DNA of 47,988 bases from an uncultured Candidatus Saccharibacteria bacterium (GTDB lineage: Bacteria > Patescibacteriota > Minisyncoccia > Phycocordibacterales > Phycocordibacteraceae): positions 5,674 to 53,661 of the forward strand of contig CAYOKK010000001.1 in NCBI GenBank assembly GCA_964404565.1, in the 5' to 3' direction. The notes below the pieces were generated by a model. It made no database searches. It was not told the DNA's origin and saw nothing but the letters and a program-made list of their open reading frames with translations. Both the position numbers and the translations under genes were made by a program. Below are positions 13,835 through 22,714 of this stretch, piece by piece; the first letter of the stretch is position 1, and each line of letters begins with the position of its first letter.

Positions 13835-16492
13835 TCAGGATCCTTGCCCTCGCGTATCGTCATTCTGACGCCGTGCGCCGATGAAGAAGAGGAGCGCGAA
13901 CAGCAGCAGCGCGATGCCGAGAAGGAACGGCCAGGAACGTGCGAGCAGCCCTGCGGCTGCGGCCTGATTCCCTGCTCCTGCTGCGTGGGCGACCGCGATG
14001 CCCGGGAACACCTTAGTCAGAAGACTGTCGCTGTCTCCCTTGGTATCCGTGCCGTCGGCATCCGATGAATCGCCTGACTCAACGCTCATCATGCTGCCAA
14101 GCACCTCACCCGCCTGTCTTGCGAGCGACTCTTCCGGTGCGACCAGCACGAGCGTTCCGTTGCCGGCGAATGTCTCGAGCCGTTCTCCTTGTTCGGAATA
14201 TACGACGGTCGAGAGCGTGTAGGTGCCGCGCGGCGCTCCTTCGCTGAACGACGTATCGTAGCCGAGCGCTACGCCGGCGCCGGCCGGAATGGCGCCTACG
14301 TTCCAGACCTCTTCGTGAATCACGGTGCCGTCAGGAGCGGAAAGCACGTCGTGGATAGCTACGGGCGCGGATGCTGCGTCGCGGTCGTTAAGGACCGTAA
14401 GGTTCTGATGTACTACCGCGGCCCCGTCGGACGTTGCTGACGCTGGGGAGCGCGTCACTGAAAGTGATGAGAAATCAGCGGCACCTGTATCTGCAGCAGG
14501 GGCCGTTTCCTGTACCTCTTCAGGCTCATCCCTCCGCTGATGGTGTGACGGGTGAGGAATGGAGATGGTAGCGGTGTCCGTATCGTCGGCACGGTTCGCA
14601 TCGGTCTCATGCCTGGTCGCGGTGACGGTATTCGTGATGTCCGTGCCCGGCGGCGCGTCATAGATCGTGCCTTCGTAGGTAACCTCTACCGCGCCGCCGG
14701 CCGGAATGGTACCGAGTTCCCACACGGCGTTTCCATCCTCATCGGCCGCATACGGGGATGAAGAGTCGCCCATGCGTATGTGGTCTTGCGCATACTCATC
14801 GGTAAGCGTGACGTCCGTCGCAGGCGAATCCCCGTTGTTTATGACCGTATAGGTGTACGTAACCCTGTCGCCGTTGCCGACGTCGCTCGGCACGGAGACC
14901 TGTTCCCCGACCCACAGGTCAGGCCGGCCGAACGCGATATTCCCGTTGAAGTCGCCGAAGATGTTGATGATGGCCATGATCCAGTTCTTGCCGACGATGT
15001 TCGTGTTCGCGATATTCATCACGTTCGCGCTCGCAAGCGCGTTTCCCGTCGTAATGAGGGCGGAGTGCGCGTTGTTCACCCTGTTCTGTCCGGTTAGTGC
15101 GAGAACATCGACGTGATTGCCGATGTTTGCCGTCGAGGACGCCGTTACCTGCGCCATGCTCTGCGTACCGCTTCCCGTGCCGCCGCTTGCGTCGAAGAGC
15201 GCGATCGTCCCATCCGGGCCCTGCGTCCACTGCAGGCCTTCGGGCGCGCCGAAGACCTCGCCAGCCCAGTCGCCCTGCACGCGGAAAAGGATGGAGACAG
15301 CCATCCCGCCCAGCATATCGGTGTTGATCTGATTGAAGACGCTGCCGCTAGAGGCGCTTCCGCCAGTCTGTATGGTGCTGGACGCGGTATTGCTCGTCTC
15401 GTTTCCTCCGGATTCTGCATTCGCATTCACGTCGTTCTCGACGTTCGCCGTGCTGTTGATCGTAAAGACGCCAGGCGCAAGGTTGCTTGCCAGAGAAGCG
15501 AGGAAGTTGGCGAGGCTCGGAAAGACGATATCGCCGTCCACGCCCTGGAAGGCGTTCATGGTGACGAGCAGGTAGTTTGAGTCGATGATATTCGTGTTTG
15601 CAAGGTTGATGAGATTGAGGCCCGCATAGGCGTCGCCCGTGGCGATCACTGCATCGTCAGCGTTCTCGATCTCGTTTCCTCCTGAGGTCGCATTCAGCAC
15701 GACGGCGTTCTGGATGTTCCCTTCGCTCTCTAGGTTCACGGACACGCCGTCGGTACCCGCGCAGGCGAAGAGCGCGCACATGGCGCTCGAGGTCGATATG
15801 CCGCCGAGCGCGCGCAGGTCGATCGTACCCGTCACCGGGTCGATGTAGTTGAGCATGAGCGCGTTCCCGCTCGAATTCACCAGGTTGGTATTGATGATAT
15901 TGAGGATGTTGGCAAGCGCGACGGCCGTACCGGACTCGATAGTCGGGCCGGTACTGGTCGCAGCTGCGCTCGTGGAAGTTGCCGACGTAGACGACGCTGC
16001 CGGCTCATCCGGTTCGGCAGGAGCAGCCGGAGCATCTGACGTACTAGACGCCGCGGCATCATCCGCCACGGCCGTGCTGCTCGTAGCCTGTGTCGAGGTG
16101 CCCGTCAGCTCTATGTCAGGCAGCGATGAGGAATTCGACGCAGATGTAGATACGGTATCTATAGATTCCGACGTGCTGCCAGTCACGTCTTCGTTCGCCA
16201 TGTTCATATTTGCTTCTGCCGCATCGCCTCCTCCTGTTTCGCTTTCTTCCATAGAAGTATCCGTATCTTGGCCGCCTTCGTCAGCGCCGTCCTCATCTGA
16301 GTCCACAGTGTCTTGAACGGTATCCGGCGCAGCTTCATCCTCAGCAGTCTCATCCGCAGTACCGGTCGAGACGGTAGCTGGTGAATCTACGGTCTCCGCA
16401 TGCACGAAGCGGATGCCAGAGAGCGCCATGGGCTCCAAGAGGAGTACGCCCGTAAGCGCGATGGCGAAAATATTTTTAAGGAACGTATTCAT
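13835..16492 (-). CDS. Large secreted, C-terminally anchored surface protein with 3.5 copies of an Asn/Gly/Thr-rich repeat module and DUF11/CARDB-like domains
   Basis: Signal peptide MNTFLKNIFAIALTGVLLLEP...; an acidic/Ser-Thr linker; repeats at residues approximately 185-521. DUF11-like sequences VTYTYTVINNGDSPATDVTLTD are present, plus a C-terminal TM helix with a basic tail. Confidence 0.8.
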   Translation of the reverse strand: MNTFLKNIFAIALTGVLLLEPMALSGIRFVHAETVDSPATVSTGTADETAEDEAAPDTVQDTVDSDEDGADEGGQDTDTSMEESETGGGDAAEANMNMANEDVTGSTSESIDTVSTSASNSSSLPDIELTGTSTQATSSTAVADDAAASSTSDAPAAPAEPDEPAASSTSATSTSAAATSTGPTIESGTAVALANILNIINTNLVNSSGNALMLNYIDPVTGTIDLRALGGISTSSAMCALFACAGTDGVSVNLESEGNIQNAVVLNATSGGNEIENADDAVIATGDAYAGLNLINLANTNIIDSNYLLVTMNAFQGVDGDIVFPSLANFLASLASNLAPGVFTINSTANVENDVNANAESGGNETSNTASSTIQTGGSASSGSVFNQINTDMLGGMAVSILFRVQGDWAGEVFGAPEGLQWTQGPDGTIALFDASGGTGSGTQSMAQVTASSTANIGNHVDVLALTGQNRVNNAHSALITTGNALASANVMNIANTNIVGKNWIMAIINIFGDFNGNIAFGRPDLWVGEQVSVPSDVGNGDRVTYTYTVINNGDSPATDVTLTDEYAQDHIRMGDSSSPYAADEDGNAVWELGTIPAGGAVEVTYEGTIYDAPPGTDITNTVTATRHETDANRADDTDTATISIPHPSHHQRRDEPEEVQETAPAADTGAADFSSLSVTRSPASATSDGAAVVHQNLTVLNDRDAASAPVAIHDVLSAPDGTVIHEEVWNVGAIPAGAGVALGYDTSFSEGAPRGTYTLSTVVYSEQGERLETFAGNGTLVLVAPEESLARQAGEVLGSMMSVESGDSSDADGTDTKGDSDSLLTKVFPGIAVAHAAGAGNQAAAAGLLARSWPFLLGIALLLFALLFFIGARRQNDDTRGQGS

Positions 16493-16557
16493 AGGCTGCG
16501 TGGATTATGCGGAGAGTTCTGTCCTCGGACGCGCGTTCAGCGGCTGCCGAGCGCGCG

Positions 16558-16587
16558 TCCGAAAACAGGAATGCTCCTGTTTTCGGA
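16558..16587 (-). terminator. Hairpin terminator after the 395-aa gene
   Basis: TCCGAAAACAGGA-ATGC-TCCTGTTTTCGGA, 8 nt after the stop. Confidence 0.6.
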
Positions 16588-16594
16588 TAAACGG

Positions 16595-17782
16595 CTACAG
16601 TATGTCGTCGAAGATAGAAGAATCTTCGTCCGCTGTACGCATGATATGCGTCATAGTGTGGCCTGAGATTGTTACGAACTCGCTGTAGCTGCTGGACGTG
16701 CCGGACGTAATGTTGCCGCCGTTGCCGCCCATGCCGCCGTTGCCGCCGGTACCGCCCGTCGACGTGCGCGTGCCGTTGCCGCCATTGCCGTCGCCGTCGC
16801 CTCCGCCCGAACCGGAAGCTGTCGCGGTGCCGCCGTTAGCCCCCATAGCGCCTTCGCCGCCGAACGAATGGTTGTCGCCGGTAAGCGCGTCGATGGTGAT
16901 GTCGTTATCGGCATCCGACCTGCCCGAATTCGATACCGTTATGTCGTTCCCGCCGTTGTGCGTACGGGTGTAGTGGATATCAAGATTGTCATGCTCTCGT
17001 GCCGCATCGTTCGTACGGTTGCGGTACGAGTTGTCGACGTCGTTCTGGAACGAGCTCTCAGTATTGTCGTAGTGGTCCTCAGAAGCGCTCGCTGCGTCGC
17101 TCGAGCTCTGGCTGTCTGCATCATACGAGGATGAGTCTGAATCGCTGCTGTCGCTATCCTCGGTATCAACGCCGTTGTTGCCGTTGCTGTCGGTAGAGGA
17201 CGAGCTGTCGCTGCTGTCATGGTCTTCCGTACTGCTCTCCGAAGAGGATTCGTCGGATGAATTCGACGACTCGTCGCTCGAATCGGAGCTGGTCGTCGAA
17301 TCGGAGCCGCTCGAGTGATCGCTCTCGCTCAGCTGCTCGTCGGTCGAGGATTCAGATGATCCGCCGGTATGGTGCATATAGTCGAATGTCTCGTCATAGT
17401 CGCCGCCGCCGATATCCTCGATGTCCGTATCAGTCGAGTTAAGGTCGTTGGCTACATATACTTCCGCAATAGCATCGCCCGTGGTGATCGAGCCGCCATT
17501 GCCGCCGTCGCCTCCCGTGCCGCCGTCGCCTCCCGTGGCGCTGCCGCCGGAGTTATGGCTGCCGCTCACCGTGGCATTGCCTCCCATCGCGCCGCGGCTT
17601 CCTGAGCCGCCGCGCGAAGAGTTGCTGCCCGTATTCGCGGATATGCTTACCGAATTCGTGACACTTGAATCGCCGTCATTCGTCACCGTTATGGTGCCGG
17701 CGAATGCTGCAGGCGCGCCGAATGCTAGCATGCCTGCCATCGCGAGTGCCGAACTCGTCTTTGCTAGTAGTTTTGTTATCAT
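16595..17782 (-). CDS. Secreted Gly-rich / hyper-acidic Ser-Asp-rich protein carrying two copies of the same repeat module as the 885-aa protein
   Basis: Signal peptide MITKLLAKTSSALAMAGMLAFGAPAAFA. Modules ITVTNDGDSSVTNSVSISANTGSN...SITTGDAIAEV and ITVSNSGRSDADNDITIDALTGDN...NITSGTSSS carry GGxGG-rich insertions. The central approximately 150 aa are Ser/Asp-rich. Confidence 0.8.
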   Translation of the reverse strand: MITKLLAKTSSALAMAGMLAFGAPAAFAGTITVTNDGDSSVTNSVSISANTGSNSSRGGSGSRGAMGGNATVSGSHNSGGSATGGDGGTGGDGGNGGSITTGDAIAEVYVANDLNSTDTDIEDIGGGDYDETFDYMHHTGGSSESSTDEQLSESDHSSGSDSTTSSDSSDESSNSSDESSSESSTEDHDSSDSSSSTDSNGNNGVDTEDSDSSDSDSSSYDADSQSSSDAASASEDHYDNTESSFQNDVDNSYRNRTNDAAREHDNLDIHYTRTHNGGNDITVSNSGRSDADNDITIDALTGDNHSFGGEGAMGANGGTATASGSGGGDGDGNGGNGTRTSTGGTGGNGGMGGNGGNITSGTSSSYSEFVTISGHTMTHIMRTADEDSSIFDDIL

Positions 17783-17934
17783 AGTAGTGTGTCTTAGTGG
17801 TAAAGAACTGCTAATGCACGTGCGGGTATAGCACGTATGCCCCAGTTGCGAGCATAGAACGTAGTATTCGTCTCAGGCACTAAACCAGAGATGAATCGCC
17901 ACCGTAGTGCGCAGCATACGCAGGGCGTGCGCGC

Positions 17935-17968
17935 AAAAGAGCGCCTGGCTTTCGCCAGGCGCTCTTTT
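17935..17968. terminator. Bidirectional intrinsic terminator
   Basis: AAAAGAGCGCCTGGC-TTTC-GCCAGGCGCTCTTTT, 16 nt after the KGG gene stop. Confidence 0.75.
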
Positions 17969-17983
17969 GCTGTCCGGTCCGGA

Positions 17984-18175
17984 TCAGGGATTCGCAAGCC
18001 TTTTCGACCGCCCTCCCTTTCCTCCGGCGACGCTCGCGCGAAAGGGGTGGTGTGCGAAATTCGCAGGGTTGCTTCCCTTGCCCTGACTCTTGCCTCCCTT
18101 CGAGGAGAGTATCCGCTGGAGCTCTTTGCTCATTGCAGCGAAGCCGCGTTTCTTTTTCTCGTCTTCCATATCCAA
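17984..18175 (-). CDS. KGG-repeat general stress protein (small, basic)
   Basis: RGFAAMSKELQRILSSKGGKSQGKG...AGGKGGRS matches the stress-induced KGG motif family by eye. 63 aa. Confidence 0.7.
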   Translation of the reverse strand: MDMEDEKKKRGFAAMSKELQRILSSKGGKSQGKGSNPANFAHHPFRASVAGGKGGRSKRLANP

Positions 18176-18257
18176 TTTTTAAATACCTCGAATGACTATA
18201 GGAGCATCGTACGCTCGGCATACTGAACGCTTAGTTAAAGCGGAACCGTAGCGACGG

Positions 18258-19148
18258 TCAGAAGACCACGCGTATGATGACCGTTCCCGGCGCGGGCGAG
18301 ATAGTCTGCAGCGGCACTTCGCGCTTCGGCGCGCGCTCTGTCTGTACCGCGCGGTATCGGCGCTTCAGCGCATCTAGGAGATCTTCTCCCTCATCAGCAT
18401 CGAGGTAGGCGACGGTAAAGCCGTTCTCATCGACAGCGCTCGGCGCCGCCTGGATGGAAGCGTGCGAGCGATCCATCATGATCGGCCCTGCTGCGTCCGC
18501 TGCAGTGAGCGAGGAGAGCGATACCAATCTCTTTTGTGCGGTGAGCGCACCCGCATTCGTGAAGCGGGCCGTATCAAAATCGCTGAGCGGAAGGTACCCT
18601 GTATCCCGTTCCGTTATCGCGAACGGCCGCTCGACGATCCACTCGGCCGAATCGTGATGAGAAACGTAGTAGACGTACGTCTCGTACTCTGTGCCTGCCG
18701 TATCGTTCCTGAATATCATATGCCAGAGATTCGGGAGTTCTTCTTGGAGCGCCGCCGACACCCTGTCGCCCGGAGCTATCGCGATAGGCAGCGCGCGCTC
18801 GACGTCAGGAAGCGTTTCGTACCATGCATGATACGTAGTCGTACCATTATTTGTCAGCGCTTGGGTTCCGAGCTGGATAAGGTCCCGCGATCCTGAACCG
18901 CCGATGCCGATCCACACCGCGCTTGCAGAGAGAGTGCCCTCGGGTGTCGAGGTGGGTACGGTCCAGCTGCCGTGCACGCCTGTATACGCGCCTTCGTCAG
19001 CGACGTATCCGGCCCAGTTATGAGAGAAATGGATGCGCGAGGCTTCTGGGAGCGGGATCTTCTCTGCGGCGGCGGCATGCGGCACGCCTGTCGCGAACCC
19101 CAAGAAGACGAGCGCGCTAAGTGCGATACAGGAGTACAGAGACTTCAT
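18258..19148 (-). CDS. Peptidase G1 (eqolisin / scytalidoglutamic peptidase, Pfam Peptidase_A4-like), secreted
   Basis: SHNWAGYV, WIGIGG, LIQLGT (catalytic Gln context), YHAWYETLP, AEWIVERP (catalytic Glu context) and FTNA all align by eye with aspergilloglutamic peptidase. A signal peptide is present from the ATG at 19148; the track start at 19169 is TTG. Confidence 0.8.
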   Translation of the reverse strand: MKSLYSCIALSALVFLGFATGVPHAAAAEKIPLPEASRIHFSHNWAGYVADEGAYTGVHGSWTVPTSTPEGTLSASAVWIGIGGSGSRDLIQLGTQALTNNGTTTYHAWYETLPDVERALPIAIAPGDRVSAALQEELPNLWHMIFRNDTAGTEYETYVYYVSHHDSAEWIVERPFAITERDTGYLPLSDFDTARFTNAGALTAQKRLVSLSSLTAADAAGPIMMDRSHASIQAAPSAVDENGFTVAYLDADEGEDLLDALKRRYRAVQTERAPKREVPLQTISPAPGTVIIRVVF

Positions 19149-19202
19149 ATACAGCTGTAAGCATAGCAAAGAAACAAGAACGGCAGATGAAGAAGCGGGC
19201 CC

Positions 19203-19796
19203 TTAGATGAGCGAAGGCGGCGGCGGAAACTTCTGCGGGGGTATCTTCTTTCGCGGAAGGCGCGAGACTGCCCAGCCGGTGCCGGCGACGAGAATCAAGA
19301 AGGCGAACGCCCACCATGGCACCGGCGACGGATCAGCAGGAGGCGTAGTCGAGGATGCAGGAATGGTGGCAACCGCTGCCCCCTCTGCCGACACGACGCT
19401 CACGGCCGGCAGGATGCCCTGCCCGAGCGGCCCGATCCCCTCCGGAGAGAGGGTCACGAGGTAGTGGAGCGACTTCGCATCGCCTTTGCGCGCTGTCAGT
19501 ATGAAGGTGTATGCATGAGAAGAGGAAAGGTCGTCGACGGTGAAGAGATGATCTACCTGCGCCGCGGAATCCGTGAGCGTTATTTCTGAACCGTCGAAGG
19601 CGGTGTAATCAATCTTTCCGACTGCAGGGACGTTCGTGACGAATGAAAGAGAGATCGTGCTTGAAGAGATATGGATAGCGCGGATACGCGAGATCGAGAC
19701 ATCCGGGACATCAGCGGCAGACGCAGCCTGCGCCGCCGGAGCGGCGCAGGCGAGCAGTATTCCTACCAGCAGTAAGGGAACGAGACGTGCGCGCAT
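19203..19796 (-). CDS. Secreted Fn3-like protein with C-terminal TM anchor, hypothetical
   Basis: The ATG at 19796 is preceded by GGAGGG. Signal peptide MRARLVPLLLVGILLACAAPAAQA and a C-terminal WWAFAFLILVAGTGWAV helix with a basic tail. The 331-aa track ORF is an artefactual 5' extension that overlaps the next gene. Confidence 0.7.
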   Translation of the reverse strand: MRARLVPLLLVGILLACAAPAAQAASAADVPDVSISRIRAIHISSSTISLSFVTNVPAVGKIDYTAFDGSEITLTDSAAQVDHLFTVDDLSSSHAYTFILTARKGDAKSLHYLVTLSPEGIGPLGQGILPAVSVVSAEGAAVATIPASSTTPPADPSPVPWWAFAFLILVAGTGWAVSRLPRKKIPPQKFPPPPSLI

Positions 19797-19852
19797 TCCC
19801 TCCACTATACCGCACTTCCCTCTTTGCGGCTCTCGGCGATCCGGTTCGTCGC

Positions 19853-20275
19853 CTAACGCTTGGCGCGCGCAGCGAAATGGAAGCTCGAGTATGCGAGGTA
19901 TCCGGCGATGATGGCGCCGAACCAGGAAAGCCAGAGCGGGACGTCGAAGCTGCCTAGGATGAGCGTCCAGCCGAAGGCCAGGCGCACCAGGTGCACGAGG
20001 CAGACGACGAGGAAGATGACTCCGGCAAGGAAAAGGAGCGTATGCTCGCGCGGCGATGCTGGCAGCTTCGTACGCCATGCATAGTGCGAAAGAAGAATGA
20101 TGATCGCCAGGTCGAAGGCAGCGAGCGGCAGTATCGCCGATGCCGTCCAGGTTACGCCGAGTACCGTAAGCGGGAAGAATCCCGCGCTCCCGAACCAAAG
20201 GACGCTCACAAGATCGGCGATGAAGAGGCCGACTCCTACCTTTGCGAGCTCCCTCAGTGCTTTATGGTGCTTCAT
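19853..20275 (-). CDS. Membrane protein (4 TM), hypothetical
   Basis: 140 aa, hydrophobic throughout. Confidence 0.65.
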   Translation of the reverse strand: MKHHKALRELAKVGVGLFIADLVSVLWFGSAGFFPLTVLGVTWTASAILPLAAFDLAIIILLSHYAWRTKLPASPREHTLLFLAGVIFLVVCLVHLVRLAFGWTLILGSFDVPLWLSWFGAIIAGYLAYSSFHFAARAKR

Positions 20276-20302
20276 AGTATGAGTAGCTAAGGTTAGTACC
20301 TC

Positions 20303-22669
20303 TTAAGTATACCGCTCTCTGCGCAGCCGTTCGTGCGGCACGTGCGCAACCTTTACGAGTTCGCCGAACTGCATGAAGCCGATACACCACAGCCAGATGA
20401 ATACGGCGAGCGGCCACGGGAGCGGCGCAGGCATGAGCCAGCCCGTGAGCGCGAGGATGGTAGCGAGCGCCTGGGTGAGCGTCGTCGCGAGTATGACCGT
20501 GCGGCTCGGCAGGTAGCGCCACCAGCGCTCCTTCGTATGCGCGACGTAGATGAGCAGATGCCCTGAGACCGTGAGCTTGAGGAAGAAGAGCGTCTCGAGT
20601 ACCGGCAGCGGCAGATGAAGGAAATAGACCGCGATGAAATAAATGAGCAGGCTGTTCACGATGCCGACGCAGCCGTAGAGGAGGCTCTGCTCGAACTGCT
20701 TGCGCACGTCAAGCTTCGCCGGCCGATTCCCTATCCGCACGCGGTCAGCGGCCAACGAGATGATAGGAATATCGTTCAGGAGCGCGAGCAGGATGAGCTG
20801 CAGCGGCGAGAGCGGGTACGTGCCGGTGACGATGCCGAGAATGACGATCGTAACGATGAGGCGGAAGCTTTCGGAGATTCGATATAGAGAGTATGCATAC
20901 AGGCGTTCGAATATCTTGCGCCCTTCGATGATCGCATCCTTGATGACGCCTATGCCGGAAGAAAGCAGCACGATGTCGGCCGCGCCCTTGAGCGCATCTA
21001 CCGCGTTGGATACGGCGAAACCGACGTTCGCCGCCTTCACTGCCGGAAGGTCGTTTATGCCATCGCCGTTGGACGCGACGACGTAGAACTTGCGGGCGCG
21101 CTCGACCAGCGCGAGCTTGTCTTCGGGAAGTATCTCGGCAAATGCCTGCGCTGAGCGGAATGTCTGGGCGTTCACCGCGCTCCAGCCGTCTTTCACCAGT
21201 TCATCGCGCGCGATGACCTCGGTTCCGGGAAGCGAGAGCTTCTCTGAGATTTCCCGAGCGATCGCGCGATTATCGCCGGTCACCATCACGACCGTGATGC
21301 CGTTCTCTCCGAGAAACGAGACGACCTCTCGCGCATCTGCTCGCAGCTCGTCAGAAAGCGCGAAGACGCCCAGCAGCGTCATGTGTTCCTCCTCCGTACC
21401 CTCTGCCTGCGCGAGCGCGAGTGCGCGGTACCCTGCTTCCGCGAGCCGGTTCACGTCTGCCGTGAACTTCGTACCGAGCGCGGCCGGCAAATCGCAGAGT
21501 CCGGCTATAACCTGCGGAGCGCCGAGCGAGAGCGTCTGTACAGCGCCGTCCTTTCCGTCTCCTGCGGCGAACGTGAGCGTCGCGCGCTTGCGGGAAGAGT
21601 CTGCAGGAACGTACTGCCGCACCGCGTGCTGCGCCGGCTGCGCATCCTGAACGATCGCCGTATTGAGCGCCGCCTCAGGCTCTTGAAGCGCCACGAAGGC
21701 TCCGAGGGCGCGCACTTCAGCTTCAGCCGCGCCGTACGCGATGACCTCGTTCACGGTAATGCGGTTCTGCGTGAGGGTACCGGTCTTGTCCGTGAGCAGG
21801 AGGTCGGTATTCGCCAGCTCTTCAAGAGAAGAGAGCTGCCGCACGATGACCTGCTTCTTCGCGAGCGCGATGACGCCGAAGGCGATGATGAGCGAGATGA
21901 CGGTGGGCAGCGAGATAGGGATGCCGGCTATCACGAGCGAAAGGTCGAGCCGCAGCACCTCGAGCCAGGACGCGTTGCCGAGCAGGAGCGCGAAGGTAAG
22001 GACGGCGACCGCGACGAGGCTTATGATCGAAAGGAATTTCGTGATGCGCAGGATGTCGCGTTCAAGCGCGCTGCGCCGCGGCGCAGCATCTGCCTTTGCG
22101 AGCGTCTTTCCGAAAGAGGTCTCATTCCCGATAGCGGTCACGCGTGCGGTGAGGACGCCGGAGGCGATGAAGGATCCAGAGTAAAGCGGATCGCCGGCGT
22201 TCTTCTCTTTCGGGAGAGATTCGCCCGTAAGCGCCGCCTCGTTCGCGCTCGCGCTATGCGCTTCAACCGCTTCCGCATCTGCCGGAATGACGCTGCCGGA
22301 ATGCAGCTCGATGATATCGCCGGGAATCAGCAGCCGCGACGGGATCGCCTGCCACGACCCGTCGCGCAGCGTCTTTACGGATGCTGCAAGGTTTTCGTTC
22401 AGCTTTTGGATCGCCGTGTCTGCCTTGCGCTCCTGCCAGACCGAGATGCCGACGTTAAGGACGAGCAGGATGAGTATGAATGACCCGTCAAAGCCCTTTC
22501 CGCTCACGAAAGAGAGTACGGCTGCCAAGAGCAGCATCCCTGTTATCGGCGATATGCTCTTCTTCAGGATCTTCTCGGCGAGGGATTGCGTATGTTCAGC
22601 GATCTCGTTGTATCCGTGGGTGTCGTGGTATGCCTGTGCGGTCTGCGTGCTGATGCCGGAGGTGTTCAC
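20303..22669 (-). CDS. Cation-translocating P-type ATPase (P3/H+- or Mg2+-type-like)
   Basis: LTGESLP, the phosphorylation motif DKTGTLT, MVTGDN and GDGINDLPAVKAANVGFAV. 788 aa with a GTG start. Confidence 0.9.
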   Translation of the reverse strand: MNTSGISTQTAQAYHDTHGYNEIAEHTQSLAEKILKKSISPITGMLLLAAVLSFVSGKGFDGSFILILLVLNVGISVWQERKADTAIQKLNENLAASVKTLRDGSWQAIPSRLLIPGDIIELHSGSVIPADAEAVEAHSASANEAALTGESLPKEKNAGDPLYSGSFIASGVLTARVTAIGNETSFGKTLAKADAAPRRSALERDILRITKFLSIISLVAVAVLTFALLLGNASWLEVLRLDLSLVIAGIPISLPTVISLIIAFGVIALAKKQVIVRQLSSLEELANTDLLLTDKTGTLTQNRITVNEVIAYGAAEAEVRALGAFVALQEPEAALNTAIVQDAQPAQHAVRQYVPADSSRKRATLTFAAGDGKDGAVQTLSLGAPQVIAGLCDLPAALGTKFTADVNRLAEAGYRALALAQAEGTEEEHMTLLGVFALSDELRADAREVVSFLGENGITVVMVTGDNRAIAREISEKLSLPGTEVIARDELVKDGWSAVNAQTFRSAQAFAEILPEDKLALVERARKFYVVASNGDGINDLPAVKAANVGFAVSNAVDALKGAADIVLLSSGIGVIKDAIIEGRKIFERLYAYSLYRISESFRLIVTIVILGIVTGTYPLSPLQLILLALLNDIPIISLAADRVRIGNRPAKLDVRKQFEQSLLYGCVGIVNSLLIYFIAVYFLHLPLPVLETLFFLKLTVSGHLLIYVAHTKERWWRYLPSRTVILATTLTQALATILALTGWLMPAPLPWPLAVFIWLWCIGFMQFGELVKVAHVPHERLRRERYT

Positions 22670-22714
22670 TATGAAAAGTATACCGCCAAGCTGCCCGCTC
22701 CGCAGGTACGTTCT

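Noticed and set aside
17880-18221. The 113-aa minus-strand ORF overlapping the KGG gene, and the 111-aa plus-strand ORF 17891-18226.
   Set aside because: The 63-aa frame carries the recognisable KGG stress-protein motif and ends 16 nt before a strong terminator. The alternatives are Arg-rich with no motifs.
19797-20198. The 5' extension of the 331-aa ORF 19203-20198.
   Set aside because: The extension is Arg/Pro-rich and overlaps the well-formed 4-TM gene 19853-20275 in another frame. A GGAGGG box and a signal peptide begin at the internal ATG at 19796.
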